A stretch of 64,000 bases of DNA, from contig CAXWPJ010000010.1 in the NCBI GenBank assembly GCA_963664115.2, positions 384,001-448,000 on the forward strand, read 5' to 3'. The stretch comes from Terriglobia bacterium. Its GTDB lineage: Bacteria > Acidobacteriota > Terriglobia > 20CM-2-55-15. Both the position numbers and the translations under genes were made by a program. Below are positions 41,214 to 51,106 of this stretch, piece by piece. Position 1 is the first letter of the stretch; every line of letters begins with the position of its first letter. A model generated the notes under the pieces. It worked only from the letters and a program-made list of their open reading frames with translations. It had not been told where the DNA came from and did no database searches.

Positions 41214-41373
41214 CTCGGACTCCTTTTTGTTCACACGTACACGTGTTTCGCCCGCTTTATTGCGAGGCTCAAAATGACTTTGGCACTTCGATGCCGACTC
41301 AGTCATCAAAGAGGAGTCCATACCATCAATAAATCATCTTCTCGGACGTTGAGAAACCCGCTGATTCAAATCA

Positions 41374-41402
41374 TTGCTTCCAACCCACTCGTTCTATAGC
41401 TT
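41374..41402 (+). promoter_or_regulatory. Conserved array-associated sigma70-like promoter
   Basis: TTGCTT-17 bp-TAGCTT, homologous to the blocks at 19.54, 48.06 and 55.42 kb. Confidence 0.55.
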
Positions 41403-41451
41403 TCTCGAGCTTTTTCACGTTTAGCAACATCAGAGACAAGGCCCCGAGCGT

Positions 41452-41568
41452 ATGCCCCTCACGTCAGGCACAAAACTCGGTCCGTTTGAGATCCGTGATG
41501 CGATAGGTGCGGGTGGCATGGGCGAAGTCTATCGGGCCACCGATACGCGGCTGGGCCGCACTGTTTAG
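41452..41568 (+). pseudogene. Ser/Thr protein kinase, N-terminal remnant
   Basis: MPLTSGTKLGPFEIRDAIGAGGMGEVYRATDTRLGRTV*. Confidence 0.87.
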
Positions 41569-41719
41569 GGCTCTGTATCGGACTGAGAATTATGATAAGA
41601 AGTGTGACATGATGCGGTCTTCGAATCTGGATGTTCACGGTTCTGGGTGTTATCCAGGAATACGCCCGCATTCCTGTTGAGAGATACGACCCGCAACCTG
41701 AACAGCAATGAGCGCTAGT

Positions 41720-43566
41720 CCCAAAACAAGCGCATAACCAGTCCGCCGAGGCCCAGTTCGCGCCGATAGAATTCGAGGCATAGAATCCCGTTCCCGGATG
41801 GCCTGTTCCAGGTATCGAGTTTCTGTTGAATCTGTTTCAGTTCAGCCTCGCTGGTGTTGGACGGTTGACAGAAACCGGGACCTCGATCGCCCGGGCTCAG
41901 AGTCATGATCGGGTCAACATCGCAGAGGCTGACGCAACACATCCACCCCGCGGAACAAGACCGGCAACCACCGGTTCCAGGCCAGGATCCGGAACAGAAT
42001 GCGCCGCCCGGTGCGCACGAGTTGGCACGGCACAAGCATGAAAGCGTTCAAGAAGGTTTTGAACTCCATGCGCAGCACGGTTTGCTTCTCAGCCTGATAT
42101 TTTTGGCCCCAACGTCCGGTTTCGGGAAGCAGCAATGCAAACCACGCTTTCAGTGTCCAGGCCAGTGACGCGATCACCATGTAGGCCCAGTTGCTGGTCT
42201 GATCTCCGACCGGCATCCGCAACGCCTGAACGCCGTTCTTCAACTGCTCAATGAGATTCTCCTGATTGCACCGTTGATTGGCACGCATCACAATCTGGTC
42301 GGCCGGATCCGAACGGTTGGTAATGTAGAAGAAGTACCGGATGTCGTCAAACAACACCTGCTCTCCTTTGGCCACCGACAGATTCTTCCGCACCACGACG
42401 ACACGGTAGTCCCGATCGCAGGCTCCGGGTCGATACCGAAACTCGGCCACATCCTCACCCTGCAAGCGGATATTGTCGAAACCGCGCTGCCGAACGATCT
42501 CTTCCTTCACGTTGTCGGGACGTTGGCGCGGTTCGGTCGCCACGTCGTATTTCGCGGGCCGTTCCAGGCGCTTCCACTGGCGCGGCTCCAGTTCATCGGC
42601 CCGGGCCTTCAGGTTCGCCATCGCGTCAATCCCGAATATGAAACCCACCTGCTGGTCGTCCCATCCGTCCAGATGCCGGGTCTGGCTGAAGTCCGTGTCC
42701 CCGCGCAGCAGGATCTGGCGAAACCCCGCATGCCGGCACAATGCGATGGCTTGGTCGAACCGGACCGCGGCTCCTTCATGCGACGGCCGGTTGCCGCTAC
42801 GATTGACCAGATACAGCGGTTCGGCGGTGTTGGCCAGCGAGATCATCAGCGGGTGATATCCCCACGTCCCGTCGTAGGCCACGTCCATCCCTTGCTTGCA
42901 TTCCCCCGTGGTTTCGGCCAGTGTCCCGTCCGCGTCCAACACCGCTTCTTCGAAAAACGCCGCCGGTTGCTGTCGCCAGACTCCGAGCCGGACTTGATTG
43001 GTTGCCTCCATCAGACACTCCACGTCGTCGGCCTCGAATCTCCGGCAGAAGTCTCCCGCCGTCGTCGGATCCGGAATCCGTTGCGCTCCCAGCGCATCCA
43101 GATACACCGCATCGTTGCGCCGCAGTTCGATGTCTTCCAGGCACGTTCCTCCGCTCAAGGCGTTGTAGGCGATGTTCAGCACGTGATCCGACTCGTGATA
43201 CGGCAGGTGCCGCTTCAACACATGCACGCCCTTGTCGATGGCTTCGATCAGCCCGGTCCGCCGCGCCACCAGTTGCATCGTCCCGATACCACCAACCGAT
43301 GTGCCCCGCGTCCGCTCTCCCATCTCGTACTGAATGTTGCTCGCCGAAAACATCGGCTCTACCTGATCCGTCCAATGCCGGTCCCCAAGCCGACGTTCGA
43401 TTCGCCGCTTGCGGTTCCTCATGTTCTTGCGCGTATAATCGTTCATCTGAAATGCCTCCTTTTCCGAAGAATCTGTTCAAGGTTTTTTTCGCACGGAGAG
43501 GGGGCATTTCGGGTACTTCCGCTCTTATTGCACTATCATTTCCTCGTCAATCACGCTTGTTCAGGG
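41720..43566 (-). mobile_element. IS1380-family element, copy 2 (inverted)
   Basis: Same IRs and same 1847-bp length; has its own GCTAGT duplication. Confidence 0.92.
41914..43446 (-). CDS. IS1380-family transposase
   Basis: Protein identical to 38240-39772. Confidence 0.92.
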   Translation of the reverse strand: MNDYTRKNMRNRKRRIERRLGDRHWTDQVEPMFSASNIQYEMGERTRGTSVGGIGTMQLVARRTGLIEAIDKGVHVLKRHLPYHESDHVLNIAYNALSGGTCLEDIELRRNDAVYLDALGAQRIPDPTTAGDFCRRFEADDVECLMEATNQVRLGVWRQQPAAFFEEAVLDADGTLAETTGECKQGMDVAYDGTWGYHPLMISLANTAEPLYLVNRSGNRPSHEGAAVRFDQAIALCRHAGFRQILLRGDTDFSQTRHLDGWDDQQVGFIFGIDAMANLKARADELEPRQWKRLERPAKYDVATEPRQRPDNVKEEIVRQRGFDNIRLQGEDVAEFRYRPGACDRDYRVVVVRKNLSVAKGEQVLFDDIRYFFYITNRSDPADQIVMRANQRCNQENLIEQLKNGVQALRMPVGDQTSNWAYMVIASLAWTLKAWFALLLPETGRWGQKYQAEKQTVLRMEFKTFLNAFMLVPCQLVRTGRRILFRILAWNRWLPVLFRGVDVLRQPLRC

Positions 43567-43591
43567 GCTAGTTTGGAAAGGAGAGAATCCC

Positions 43592-45507
43592 GTGGCGAAA
43601 CCGAAAAAGAGTGGAGTCAACCGTCGTGGTTTCTTGAAAGGTACGGCAATCGGTGCAGCGGCGTTGGTGACGCCGGTGCCGCTCACGCAGGCGCAACAAG
43701 CCGGCCCGCAGCCGGGCACGGCCGCACTGCCCTCTTCCGCGGAGTTGGCGGCCGAGACTGAGCCGCTGCCGCCAGACAGTCAAGTTTTGACCGTGCAGGA
43801 CGCCGGCTCGGATTTCATGGTGGACGTCTTCAAGTCGCTTGGCTTCGAATACATCGCCTCGAATCCCGGTTCGAGTTTCCGAGGTCTTCAGGAGTCATTT
43901 ATCCATTACGGCGGTAACCAGAATCCCGAGTGGCTGACTTGCTGCCATGAAGAGTCATCGGTTGCATTAGCCGACGGCTACTTCCGAGTTTCAGGCAAGC
44001 CAATGATGGTCATGGCGCATGGAACAGTAGGGTTGCAGCACGCGGCGATGACGATCTATAACTCCTTCGTTGCCCGGACCCCCGTTTATATCGTCCTCGG
44101 TAACGCTCTCGACGCCAACACCAGGCGGCCCGGCGTGGAGTGGAATCACAGCGTGCAGGATGCGGCGGCGATGGTTCGCGACTACATCAAGTGGGACGAT
44201 ACGCCGTATTCGCTGCAACACTTTGCCGAGTCGGCTGTGCGGGCCTACAAGATTGCGATGACCGTGCCGATGGCGCCGGTCGTACTGGTGGCCGATGGCG
44301 ACCTGCAGGAGTTCCCGACCGGGGACCGTTCCAGATTGCGTATCCCAAAGCTGACGGTGACGAGGCCGCCCGCGGCCTCTCCCGAAGCATTGGCTGAAGT
44401 GGCCCAATTGCTTGTGGCCGCGGAAGACCCCGTGATCGTTGCCGGCAACGCGGCGCGTACGGAAGAAGGAATGCGACTGATGGTTGAACTGGCTGAGACG
44501 CTTCAGGCGCCGGTGCAAGGGGGTAGCCGCAACATGCCCAATCGGCACTCCTTGAGTGGTGGCGGTGCGCTCGGCAATGCGGACGTGATTCTCGGTCTGC
44601 AGGTGAACGATTTCTGGGGGACGACCCATAGGCTCCGCGATCAGCAGGAACGCTCGTACCGATCAATTACCAAACCCGACGCTAAACTTATTAGCATCTC
44701 CACGAACGATCTGTACACAAAAAGCAACTATCAGGACTTCCAGCGCTACGCTGAGCTGGACATGGCGATTGCTGCCGACGTGGAAGCGACCCTCCCATCG
44801 TTGATCGAGGCCTGCAGGCGGCTCATCACGGGGGATCGCAGGCGTGTCCTCGAGGAGCGCGGCAACAGAATTGCTGCCACAAATGCACAGGCTTTGGCGC
44901 GCGCACGCACGGCAGCGACTCACGGATGGAATGCCAGCCCGATCAGCACCACGCGAATGGCTATGGAGTTGTGGGAAGCAGTTAGAACCAAAGACTGGGC
45001 GCTGGTGCGGGCTGGAAGGAGCACCCAACTGTGGAATATCGATAGGTTCTATCGGACAATAAGCGGCGGGGGCGCAGCTGCTGTTGGCTCCGGCCTTCCG
45101 ACGTCTGTCGGTGCGGCGCTCGCCCACAGGCCATATGGGCGGCTGTGTATCGGCATTCAGAATGACGGAGACATGATGTATGCGCCGGGGCCCTGTGGAC
45201 TGCCGCGCACCACCGCATTCCGCTGTTGCTGGTCATGCATAACAACCGCGCGTATCACCAGGAAGTCATGCACATCCAGCGCATGTCCAACCGTCGGCAG
45301 CGCGGAGTGACGACGGCAACCGACGGCGTTGGGACGAAGATTGAAGATCCCAATATCGATTACGCAACACTTGCCCGAAGCATGGGTCTGTACGGGGAAG
45401 GGCCCATTTCCAATCCCAATGACCTGGGACCGGCGCTACGGCGCGCGGTCGAGCGGGTGGAACAGGGCGAACCGGCACTGGTCGACGTCGTGACTCAACC
45501 CCGATAG
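43592..45507 (+). CDS. Tat-signal thiamine-diphosphate-dependent enzyme, frameshifted near 45190
   Basis: NRRGFLK, CHEESSV, NDGD. Adding one G restores GALWTAAHHRIPLLLVMHNN...DVVTQPR*. Confidence 0.85.
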
Positions 45508-45520
45508 GAGGAAAGCGCAG

Positions 45521-45901
45521 ATGTCAGCTGCCATGCGATTCTTGATCATCATGTCCTCCATATTAGTGATGGGCTCGACCCTAAGCGCGCCGACGCTGGC
45601 GCAGGCTCCCGACGTCGCGGTGCCGAGCGGCGACGTCGAAAACGGCAGGCAAATTTACGTCACGTACGGATGCTACCAATGTCACAATTATGCGGCTCAT
45701 GGCGGCAGAGCCGGGCCGCGGCTTGCTCCACGTCCCATAGCCTTTAGGGCGTTCGCTCGTTACGTGCGCACGCCGAGCAATCAGATGCCGCCTTACACCA
45801 CTGAGATCGTCACCGATCAAGAGCTGGCTGATATCTACGCTTTCCTGTTGACTGTGCCACCTCCACCCGCTGTAGACAGCATCCCGATTCTCAACGACTA
45901 G
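45521..45901 (+). CDS. Monoheme cytochrome c
   Basis: Signal peptide, CYQCH, MPPY. Confidence 0.9.
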   Translation: MSAAMRFLIIMSSILVMGSTLSAPTLAQAPDVAVPSGDVENGRQIYVTYGCYQCHNYAAHGGRAGPRLAPRPIAFRAFARYVRTPSNQMPPYTTEIVTDQELADIYAFLLTVPPPPAVDSIPILND

Positions 45902-46434
45902 TCACACCCGCACAGCGACGCCGTGATACGCGCCGCTGTGCGTTTCCATTGCTGAAACGTCGACGTTGCCACGGAGTTATTCAAAAGCGGTAACCCCAGG
46001 ACGACCTCGGGACCGGGGCGGCGCTGCTCCAGGCGTTGCTGAAGGGAATCGGGAGTAGTCTTCGCCCAGGCTATCGAGTAAGTTCGGACCATGGTCTTCT
46101 GGAGCTGGCATAGCGAAGTGGATTTCGTCGAGGAAGGCCGTTTTTCGGGGGCTTTCTAGTTACCGCGAAGGCGGTAACACATCCATGTGACCTTTCATTG
46201 ACCCCAAGTCCCCTCCCTCGTATTATTCAGCCAGATTTTCTAGGTTCTCTTAGCGACACGCAAAAAGCATGGTATCCAGCGCACAGCCAGGCAATTCAAA
46301 GGCAGGATGGCAGAAGTGCTGAAAGCCAAGGACGAAAAACTGGTCGGCGTGATTGAGGGAATCGTTTTCCTAGACATCGACGTTCAAAAATCCTAGCTAT
46401 AGCCCCACAAGCCATAAAACCAGAGGGTAATGCC

Positions 46435-47196
46435 ATGAAGTTTCTTCTGAGTGCCCTAGCCGCCGTCACAGCGGCAGCTAACATTTGCGCATTGGCCCAG
46501 GACTCTGGCGTCGTGCGTGTCCTTAGTTCTAATGGAGTGCGAGTTGTGCTCGAGGAGATGCAGCCGCAGATCGAACAGAGCATAGGACGACGGCTCGCGT
46601 TTGAGTTTAGTACTTCGCGAACTCTGACGGACCGGATCGAGGCAGGCGAAGCATTCGACGTGGCCATACTTACGCCGAGACTCATCGATGAGTTGATCTC
46701 GTTGCAGAAGGTGACGCCAGGGTCGAGCAACGAGTTCGCTCGAGTCGGCATTGGCGTAGGGAGTCGACAGGGAGCGCCTGTCAAGAGCGTCGACACACTG
46801 GAGGACCTCCGACGGACATTTCTAGAGGCGGAATCAGTTGCCTTCGGCTCGGACGGTCAGAGCCGACGAACCAACGAAGCAAGCTTCGAGGCCCTGGGCA
46901 TCGAAGATGAAATGCAGAGCAAGACGACATTGACGGGTCCGGGTGAAGCGCCCGTGCTCGTCGCGGAGGGTGAGATCGAGTTAGTACTGACCCTGGTCAG
47001 CGAGTTGTTACGCGAGCCAGGCGTTCAGCTACTTGGGCCACTGCCTCCTGAGGTCCAGGCATATGTCCACTTTGCCGCGGCCATGAGTGCGGGCGCTGGG
47101 GATCCAAGCACGGCGAGAACGCTTATCAACTTCTTATCGACCCCTGCTTTTGGAGCGGCTCTGGAGAAAAATGGTCTGGAGCCGATGAATCCGTAG
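46435..47196 (+). CDS. ModA-like substrate-binding protein
   Basis: Signal peptide, GEAFDVAIL, VAEGEIEL, LGPLPPEVQ; no ABC partners nearby. Confidence 0.85.
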   Translation: MKFLLSALAAVTAAANICALAQDSGVVRVLSSNGVRVVLEEMQPQIEQSIGRRLAFEFSTSRTLTDRIEAGEAFDVAILTPRLIDELISLQKVTPGSSNEFARVGIGVGSRQGAPVKSVDTLEDLRRTFLEAESVAFGSDGQSRRTNEASFEALGIEDEMQSKTTLTGPGEAPVLVAEGEIELVLTLVSELLREPGVQLLGPLPPEVQAYVHFAAAMSAGAGDPSTARTLINFLSTPAFGAALEKNGLEPMNP

Positions 47197-47323
47197 CGTT
47201 GAACCCTCCAATGCGAGCAGGATCACATGCCTGCAGGCGGACGTCGAAATTTCGTTGCCGCCCTATCCACCCGTTTTGCGGACAGTCTCCAGTTATCTAT
47301 ACTCTGATTCGACAGACACTTAA

Positions 47324-47380
47324 ATCAACGTGGTCTTGATTCGGTTTGAAGAACTGAAGGAACGGGTGCCGACCCCCTGA
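47324..47380 (+). pseudogene. Ser/Thr kinase C-terminal remnant
   Basis: INVVLIRFEELKERVPTP*. Confidence 0.78.
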
Positions 47381-47387
47381 TTCCCGA

Positions 47388-47426
47388 GGTCAAGTCCTGA
47401 CAAATCATCTTCTCGGACGTTGAGAA
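47388..47426 (+). repeat. Array site, copy f
   Basis: GGTCA AGTCCTGACAA ATCATC TTCTCGGACGT TGAGAA. Confidence 0.9.
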
Positions 47427-47538
47427 ACCATGTGGCACGTATAAATTCCTGACACCCTCCGATCTCTCAAGTCACGCCACCCGGTTCTTGTGCAAAAAAG
47501 TCAATTGAACTGGTTGTCACCAGGTTACACTCCGAGGA

Positions 47539-47926
47539 ATGGGACGCGGCATCGGCTTCATTTCGTTGATTCTTGCGGCGGCAGTCGGGGCATATCTTTA
47601 CTCAGAGCAGGCCAGTAACGTCACGCCGGGTGGCGGTGGACCGACAGATGCTATTGATGTGACCAGCGTGCGAATGGATCTCATAGGAATCGCCCAAGCC
47701 GAACGCACGTACTTTGCTACGAATGGCAGGTACGCTTCGCTGGATGAACTGCGCGCCAACGGTGACACGCAAATCACCCGCGACAGACGTCCCAACTATA
47801 CGTACTCCGTCGAGACCAGCAACCAGCAACGCAGGCTTCAGGATTATCGCTGACTACTCCGGCCCTGATCCTAATGCGACCAAACGCATCAGCGTTGACG
47901 AAACGCTCACCGTGCGTACTGAGTAG
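47539..47926 (+). pseudogene. Small pilin-like membrane protein, frameshifted by a 7-bp duplication near 47820
   Basis: N-terminal TM helix, IAQAERTYFATNGRYASLDEL. Removing one CCAGCAA copy gives ...ETSNAGFRIIADYSG...TVRTE*. Confidence 0.7.
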
Positions 47927-47954
47927 ACAGAACCGGCTATTCGGACAACAGTCC

Positions 47955-47996
47955 ATTCTCAAGTCCTGAGAAATCATCTTGTCGGACATTGAAAAT
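47955..47996 (+). repeat. Array site, copy g
   Basis: ATTCTCA AGTCCTGAGAA ATCATC TTGTCGGACAT TGAAAAT. Confidence 0.9.
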
Positions 47997-48036
47997 TGGC
48001 AGATTACTGAGGTTTACTTTGTGCAATTTTCTACGA

Positions 48037-48130
48037 TGTCGTTTCGCAGGAATTGAGAATTATTTAGCACCTAACGCCCTCCCTTAGTATTTTTTATAGA
48101 GTTTTTCACAGTTCAATTTGGGACACACTA
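48037..48130 (+). promoter_or_regulatory. Inverted array half-site plus conserved promoter block, with no downstream ORF
   Basis: TTCGCAGGAATTGAGAAT, then TAGCAC-17 bp-TATTTT and TTTTCACAGTTC, as at 19.5 kb. Confidence 0.65.
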
Positions 48131-48234
48131 TGTAGCTTCAGCATCTGGTGCGCGCGATTGGCCGTTGCCCGCGTGCGCCGTGCTAAGGCATCCCGCGTCT
48201 CCCGGAAGACGCGGTGTGTGCGATTGTTTCCCAG

Positions 48235-50880
48235 CTAGAAATTAAACCTCGCCGAAAGCGAAATTCGGCGCCCGTCCCGGGCACTCGTCGGCAGACCAAA
48301 GAAGCTTGAAGTCTGGATGCCGTTGAAGCTGTTGTAGTTGACTTTGTTCAGGAGGTTTTCGATCTGGGCGGTCAGCGTCATCCGCAACCCTGTCCGCTGG
48401 CCATAGTAGCCGCCCCCGACCACCGGGCCGGTTGCGGGGCCGGCTTCGCCGACGGCGATTTGATCGGACCGGAGTTGGATGGATTTGGAGAGGTTCATTC
48501 CGACTTCGAAGAAGCTGGGTCCGGTCAGCGAGTTGCGTGGCACGCCTGAGGGCCGGTCGTTGTTGCTCCCGTCCTGGTTGTCGTCCCGCCCGGTCCGCAG
48601 CGTATACGGGCGGCCGCTTTCCCAGTCCAGGCGCGTGTCGGCGTTGATGTTCCAGGGCAGGCGGATGTTGAACGACGAGCTGATCCTATGCCGTGCGCCG
48701 GAACGCCCCCACTCGGAATCGAGGTCGTAGTTGTCGGCGGGCAGCGACCAGCCAAAGCCGTAGGTGTCGGCGTATACGGAGTTGAAGTTGTAGTTGCCGT
48801 TGATGTTGAGAAAGCTCAGACGTTGCCGGCCGCCCAGGAGGATGTTGTGATTTCTGGACGTACCGGTCGATTCCAACTGGCTGACGACGCCCAGCGTCGG
48901 GTCTGGGATGACACAGGTAAGGGCGTCCTGTCCGGGTTGGCAGGAGCGGCGGGTCGATTTCGTGGCGTCGTAGGGAGCGTTGATGTTGCGCGCCCGGTGA
49001 AGACTCCCTCCTCGAACGTAGCGGTACGAGCCGGTCAGGACGAGGCCAGTCGAGAAGGAATGCTCGATGGAGGTTTCCGAGATCCAATTATAGGGTGCGG
49101 CGAGGTCTTCGAAGATCCTGCGGATCGAGGGGGTCTGGTCGTCCAATTCACCTCCCTCGGCCGGGTTCGGGTAGGACGGGTTCTTGATGATGAAGGTGCG
49201 CAGGAACTCGCCGTTCAGCCGCTTGGCGGCGGCGGTTTGATTGACGAAGAACTCGTTGTGGAAGAGTCCCGATCCCCCGCGAACGACGGTGGCCGGCCCG
49301 AGGGAATAGGCGAAGCCGAATGGCGGATCGATATTGTTGTTGTCGTCGAGGTTGGTCTGATTCTGATAACGGACACCGAAGCTCAGCGTCAGGTTGTTCC
49401 GCGCCCGCCAGTCGCTCTGCAGGTAGGTTCCGGTCTCCCACTGGGACACGCCGATCTTCGGTGTGCCCAGCGTCACCTCGTATTGGGACGGGATGCCGGC
49501 CAGGTAGTCATCGAGCGTGTCGAAGGTGAACGTTCCGTTGAAGTTGTTTCGGAAATCGGATACCTCTTCCACATAGACCCCGTCAAACCCGAAGCGCAGG
49601 GACCATCGGTTACCCGTGTACATCGTCAGGTTTCCGAACTCGAAATCGGTGCGGGTGCTTTCCTGGTTGTTGGGTGAACCGCCGGAACGGAACGCGCCGG
49701 TGACATCGACGTGAGGGGCGTCGAGGATGGGAACGTTCCGGCTGGTGACCCGGATATAGCGAAAACGGGCTTCGTTGTTGAACGAGCGCGAGATGATCGC
49801 CGTTTCCCTCACCTGGAAATTGAAATCGTCCCGGTCCGACGTGTGGCTCTGCTCGGGAAGGCCGAAGCCGCCCACGTTGTTGTTTTCTCTTTGGAAGGTT
49901 CCCCACGTAAGGCTCGAGTGGAGCAGGTGGTTGAGCGAAAGCTGGGCCGTGGCCCGCGCCGTGTAACTCTGAGTGTTCGTCGGCTGGGTCACCGCCGTAT
50001 TGACAAGGCCGGTGGGCGTGAATGCCAAAAGGTTTTCGCCGTTCTCCGAGTTTTCGTTCTGAAAGCTGAAGGTCAACGTCAGCCGGTCGCGAAGCACCGG
50101 GCCACTGATGTTTCCGTTGAAATTGCGGCGTTGGTAGGGCGGGCGGCTGTCGGCAAAGGCGTTCCGGGCATCGAGAGATTCGTCGGCGAAATCGAAGGTG
50201 ATATCGCCGTTGTAGCGGCCCGTGCCGCCGCGAGTGATGATTTCGGTCTGTCCACGGGACTGTCCGATGGTTTGAGCGGTGAAGGCATTCTCATTGATCC
50301 GGATTTCCTGGATCTCGTCGCGGTTCGGTAGGCGGCCGCCGCCAAAACCATCGATGACCAGGTCGTCGTTGCGCGGGTTGGCTGTCGTGCCGCTGGCCGG
50401 GCTGCGCAGGTCGTTGAGGTACTCGCGAAGCTCGGCTTCATCTTCGGGTAGGTCACTGTTGAGCTCGGCGATGTCGGAGGCGGAGAGCGATCCCGTCCAG
50501 GCGGCGCGCTGGGCGGGATTCAGGAACTTGATCGCAGCGAGCAGGAGCTGGTCGCCCAGTACGAGGATTTCCCCTTCGATCCCGTCGCGGTTGCCGCCGT
50601 TGGCCTCCAGCATGTCGTTCAAGGCGCGGAGATGAGCCTCGTAGACCGAGCGGACCTGCGTCTCCTGGTCAAACGGTATCGGCGGCGCGCCGGCGGCGGC
50701 CAAAGTTGCCTGAAGCCCCGCGACGCCGTCTTCCAACAAGATACGGCCCGCTTCGATGCGCTCGATGCCGATCTCTGCCTGGGGCTGGTCCCGGACCGGG
50801 GCCGTCTGTGCGGGTCGAGACACGGTAGGAGAAACGGCGACGAGTGTGAGTATGAGGAGCAGAGGAGTCAGCTGAGCCAT
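48235..50880 (-). CDS. Oar-type TonB-dependent receptor-like outer-membrane protein
   Basis: Signal peptide, IQEIRINENAF, DESLDARNAF, FGVRY, C-terminal ARFNF. Confidence 0.85.
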   Translation of the reverse strand: MAQLTPLLLILTLVAVSPTVSRPAQTAPVRDQPQAEIGIERIEAGRILLEDGVAGLQATLAAAGAPPIPFDQETQVRSVYEAHLRALNDMLEANGGNRDGIEGEILVLGDQLLLAAIKFLNPAQRAAWTGSLSASDIAELNSDLPEDEAELREYLNDLRSPASGTTANPRNDDLVIDGFGGGRLPNRDEIQEIRINENAFTAQTIGQSRGQTEIITRGGTGRYNGDITFDFADESLDARNAFADSRPPYQRRNFNGNISGPVLRDRLTLTFSFQNENSENGENLLAFTPTGLVNTAVTQPTNTQSYTARATAQLSLNHLLHSSLTWGTFQRENNNVGGFGLPEQSHTSDRDDFNFQVRETAIISRSFNNEARFRYIRVTSRNVPILDAPHVDVTGAFRSGGSPNNQESTRTDFEFGNLTMYTGNRWSLRFGFDGVYVEEVSDFRNNFNGTFTFDTLDDYLAGIPSQYEVTLGTPKIGVSQWETGTYLQSDWRARNNLTLSFGVRYQNQTNLDDNNNIDPPFGFAYSLGPATVVRGGSGLFHNEFFVNQTAAAKRLNGEFLRTFIIKNPSYPNPAEGGELDDQTPSIRRIFEDLAAPYNWISETSIEHSFSTGLVLTGSYRYVRGGSLHRARNINAPYDATKSTRRSCQPGQDALTCVIPDPTLGVVSQLESTGTSRNHNILLGGRQRLSFLNINGNYNFNSVYADTYGFGWSLPADNYDLDSEWGRSGARHRISSSFNIRLPWNINADTRLDWESGRPYTLRTGRDDNQDGSNNDRPSGVPRNSLTGPSFFEVGMNLSKSIQLRSDQIAVGEAGPATGPVVGGGYYGQRTGLRMTLTAQIENLLNKVNYNSFNGIQTSSFFGLPTSARDGRRISLSARFNF

Positions 50881-51106
50881 CCCTTTTCGGGCCCGCGTTT
50901 AAGTTGCGAACGTATGTTTTAGATCGGCCCGAGGTTAGAGAGGGTCCCGCTTGCGATCACGGTGCTTGCCCCGGCGTTCGCTTCGGATGGCGAAAGGCGG
51001 TCAGGTTCGACAAATCGGGATCGGTCGGATCCATCCTCAAACCGTCGGTGCATCCGATGTTGGAGGATAGGTCCGACCGCAGCTTCTGACCTTTCAGGAC
51101 CTAAAG

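Larger units (their letters stand above)
38018..41330 (-). mobile_element. IS110-family (IS1111-type) element #2, carrying a nested IS1380
   Basis: Sub-terminal IRs TGGACTCCTC (38022) / GAGGAGTCCA (41311); TTGACA on the minus strand near the right end. Exact ends uncertain by about 2 nt. Confidence 0.85.
38006..41355 (+). repeat. Array site, copy e, split by IS110 #2 (halves 38006-38017 and 41329-41355)
   Basis: GGTCAAGTCCTG ... ATAA ATCATC TTCTCGGACGT TGAGAA; preceded by a VPVP* micro-remnant (37984-37998). Confidence 0.85.

Noticed and set aside
38093-43761. Long antisense ORFs (439 and 495 aa) and other overlapping ORFs in the track
   Set aside because: Shadow frames of IS1380 and other GC-rich genes, with no recognisable motifs.
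22434-47996. Array sites as integron attC sites
   Set aside because: Only about 40 bp long, with no conserved RYYYAAC/GTTRRRY boxes (several copies have ATTGAGA), and no IntI in the window. An IntegronFinder run would settle it.
22434-47996. Array sites as CRISPR repeats or terminators
   Set aside because: Spacing is 0.5-6 kb with whole genes between copies, there are no cas genes and no U-tract, and the loop is more conserved than the stem.
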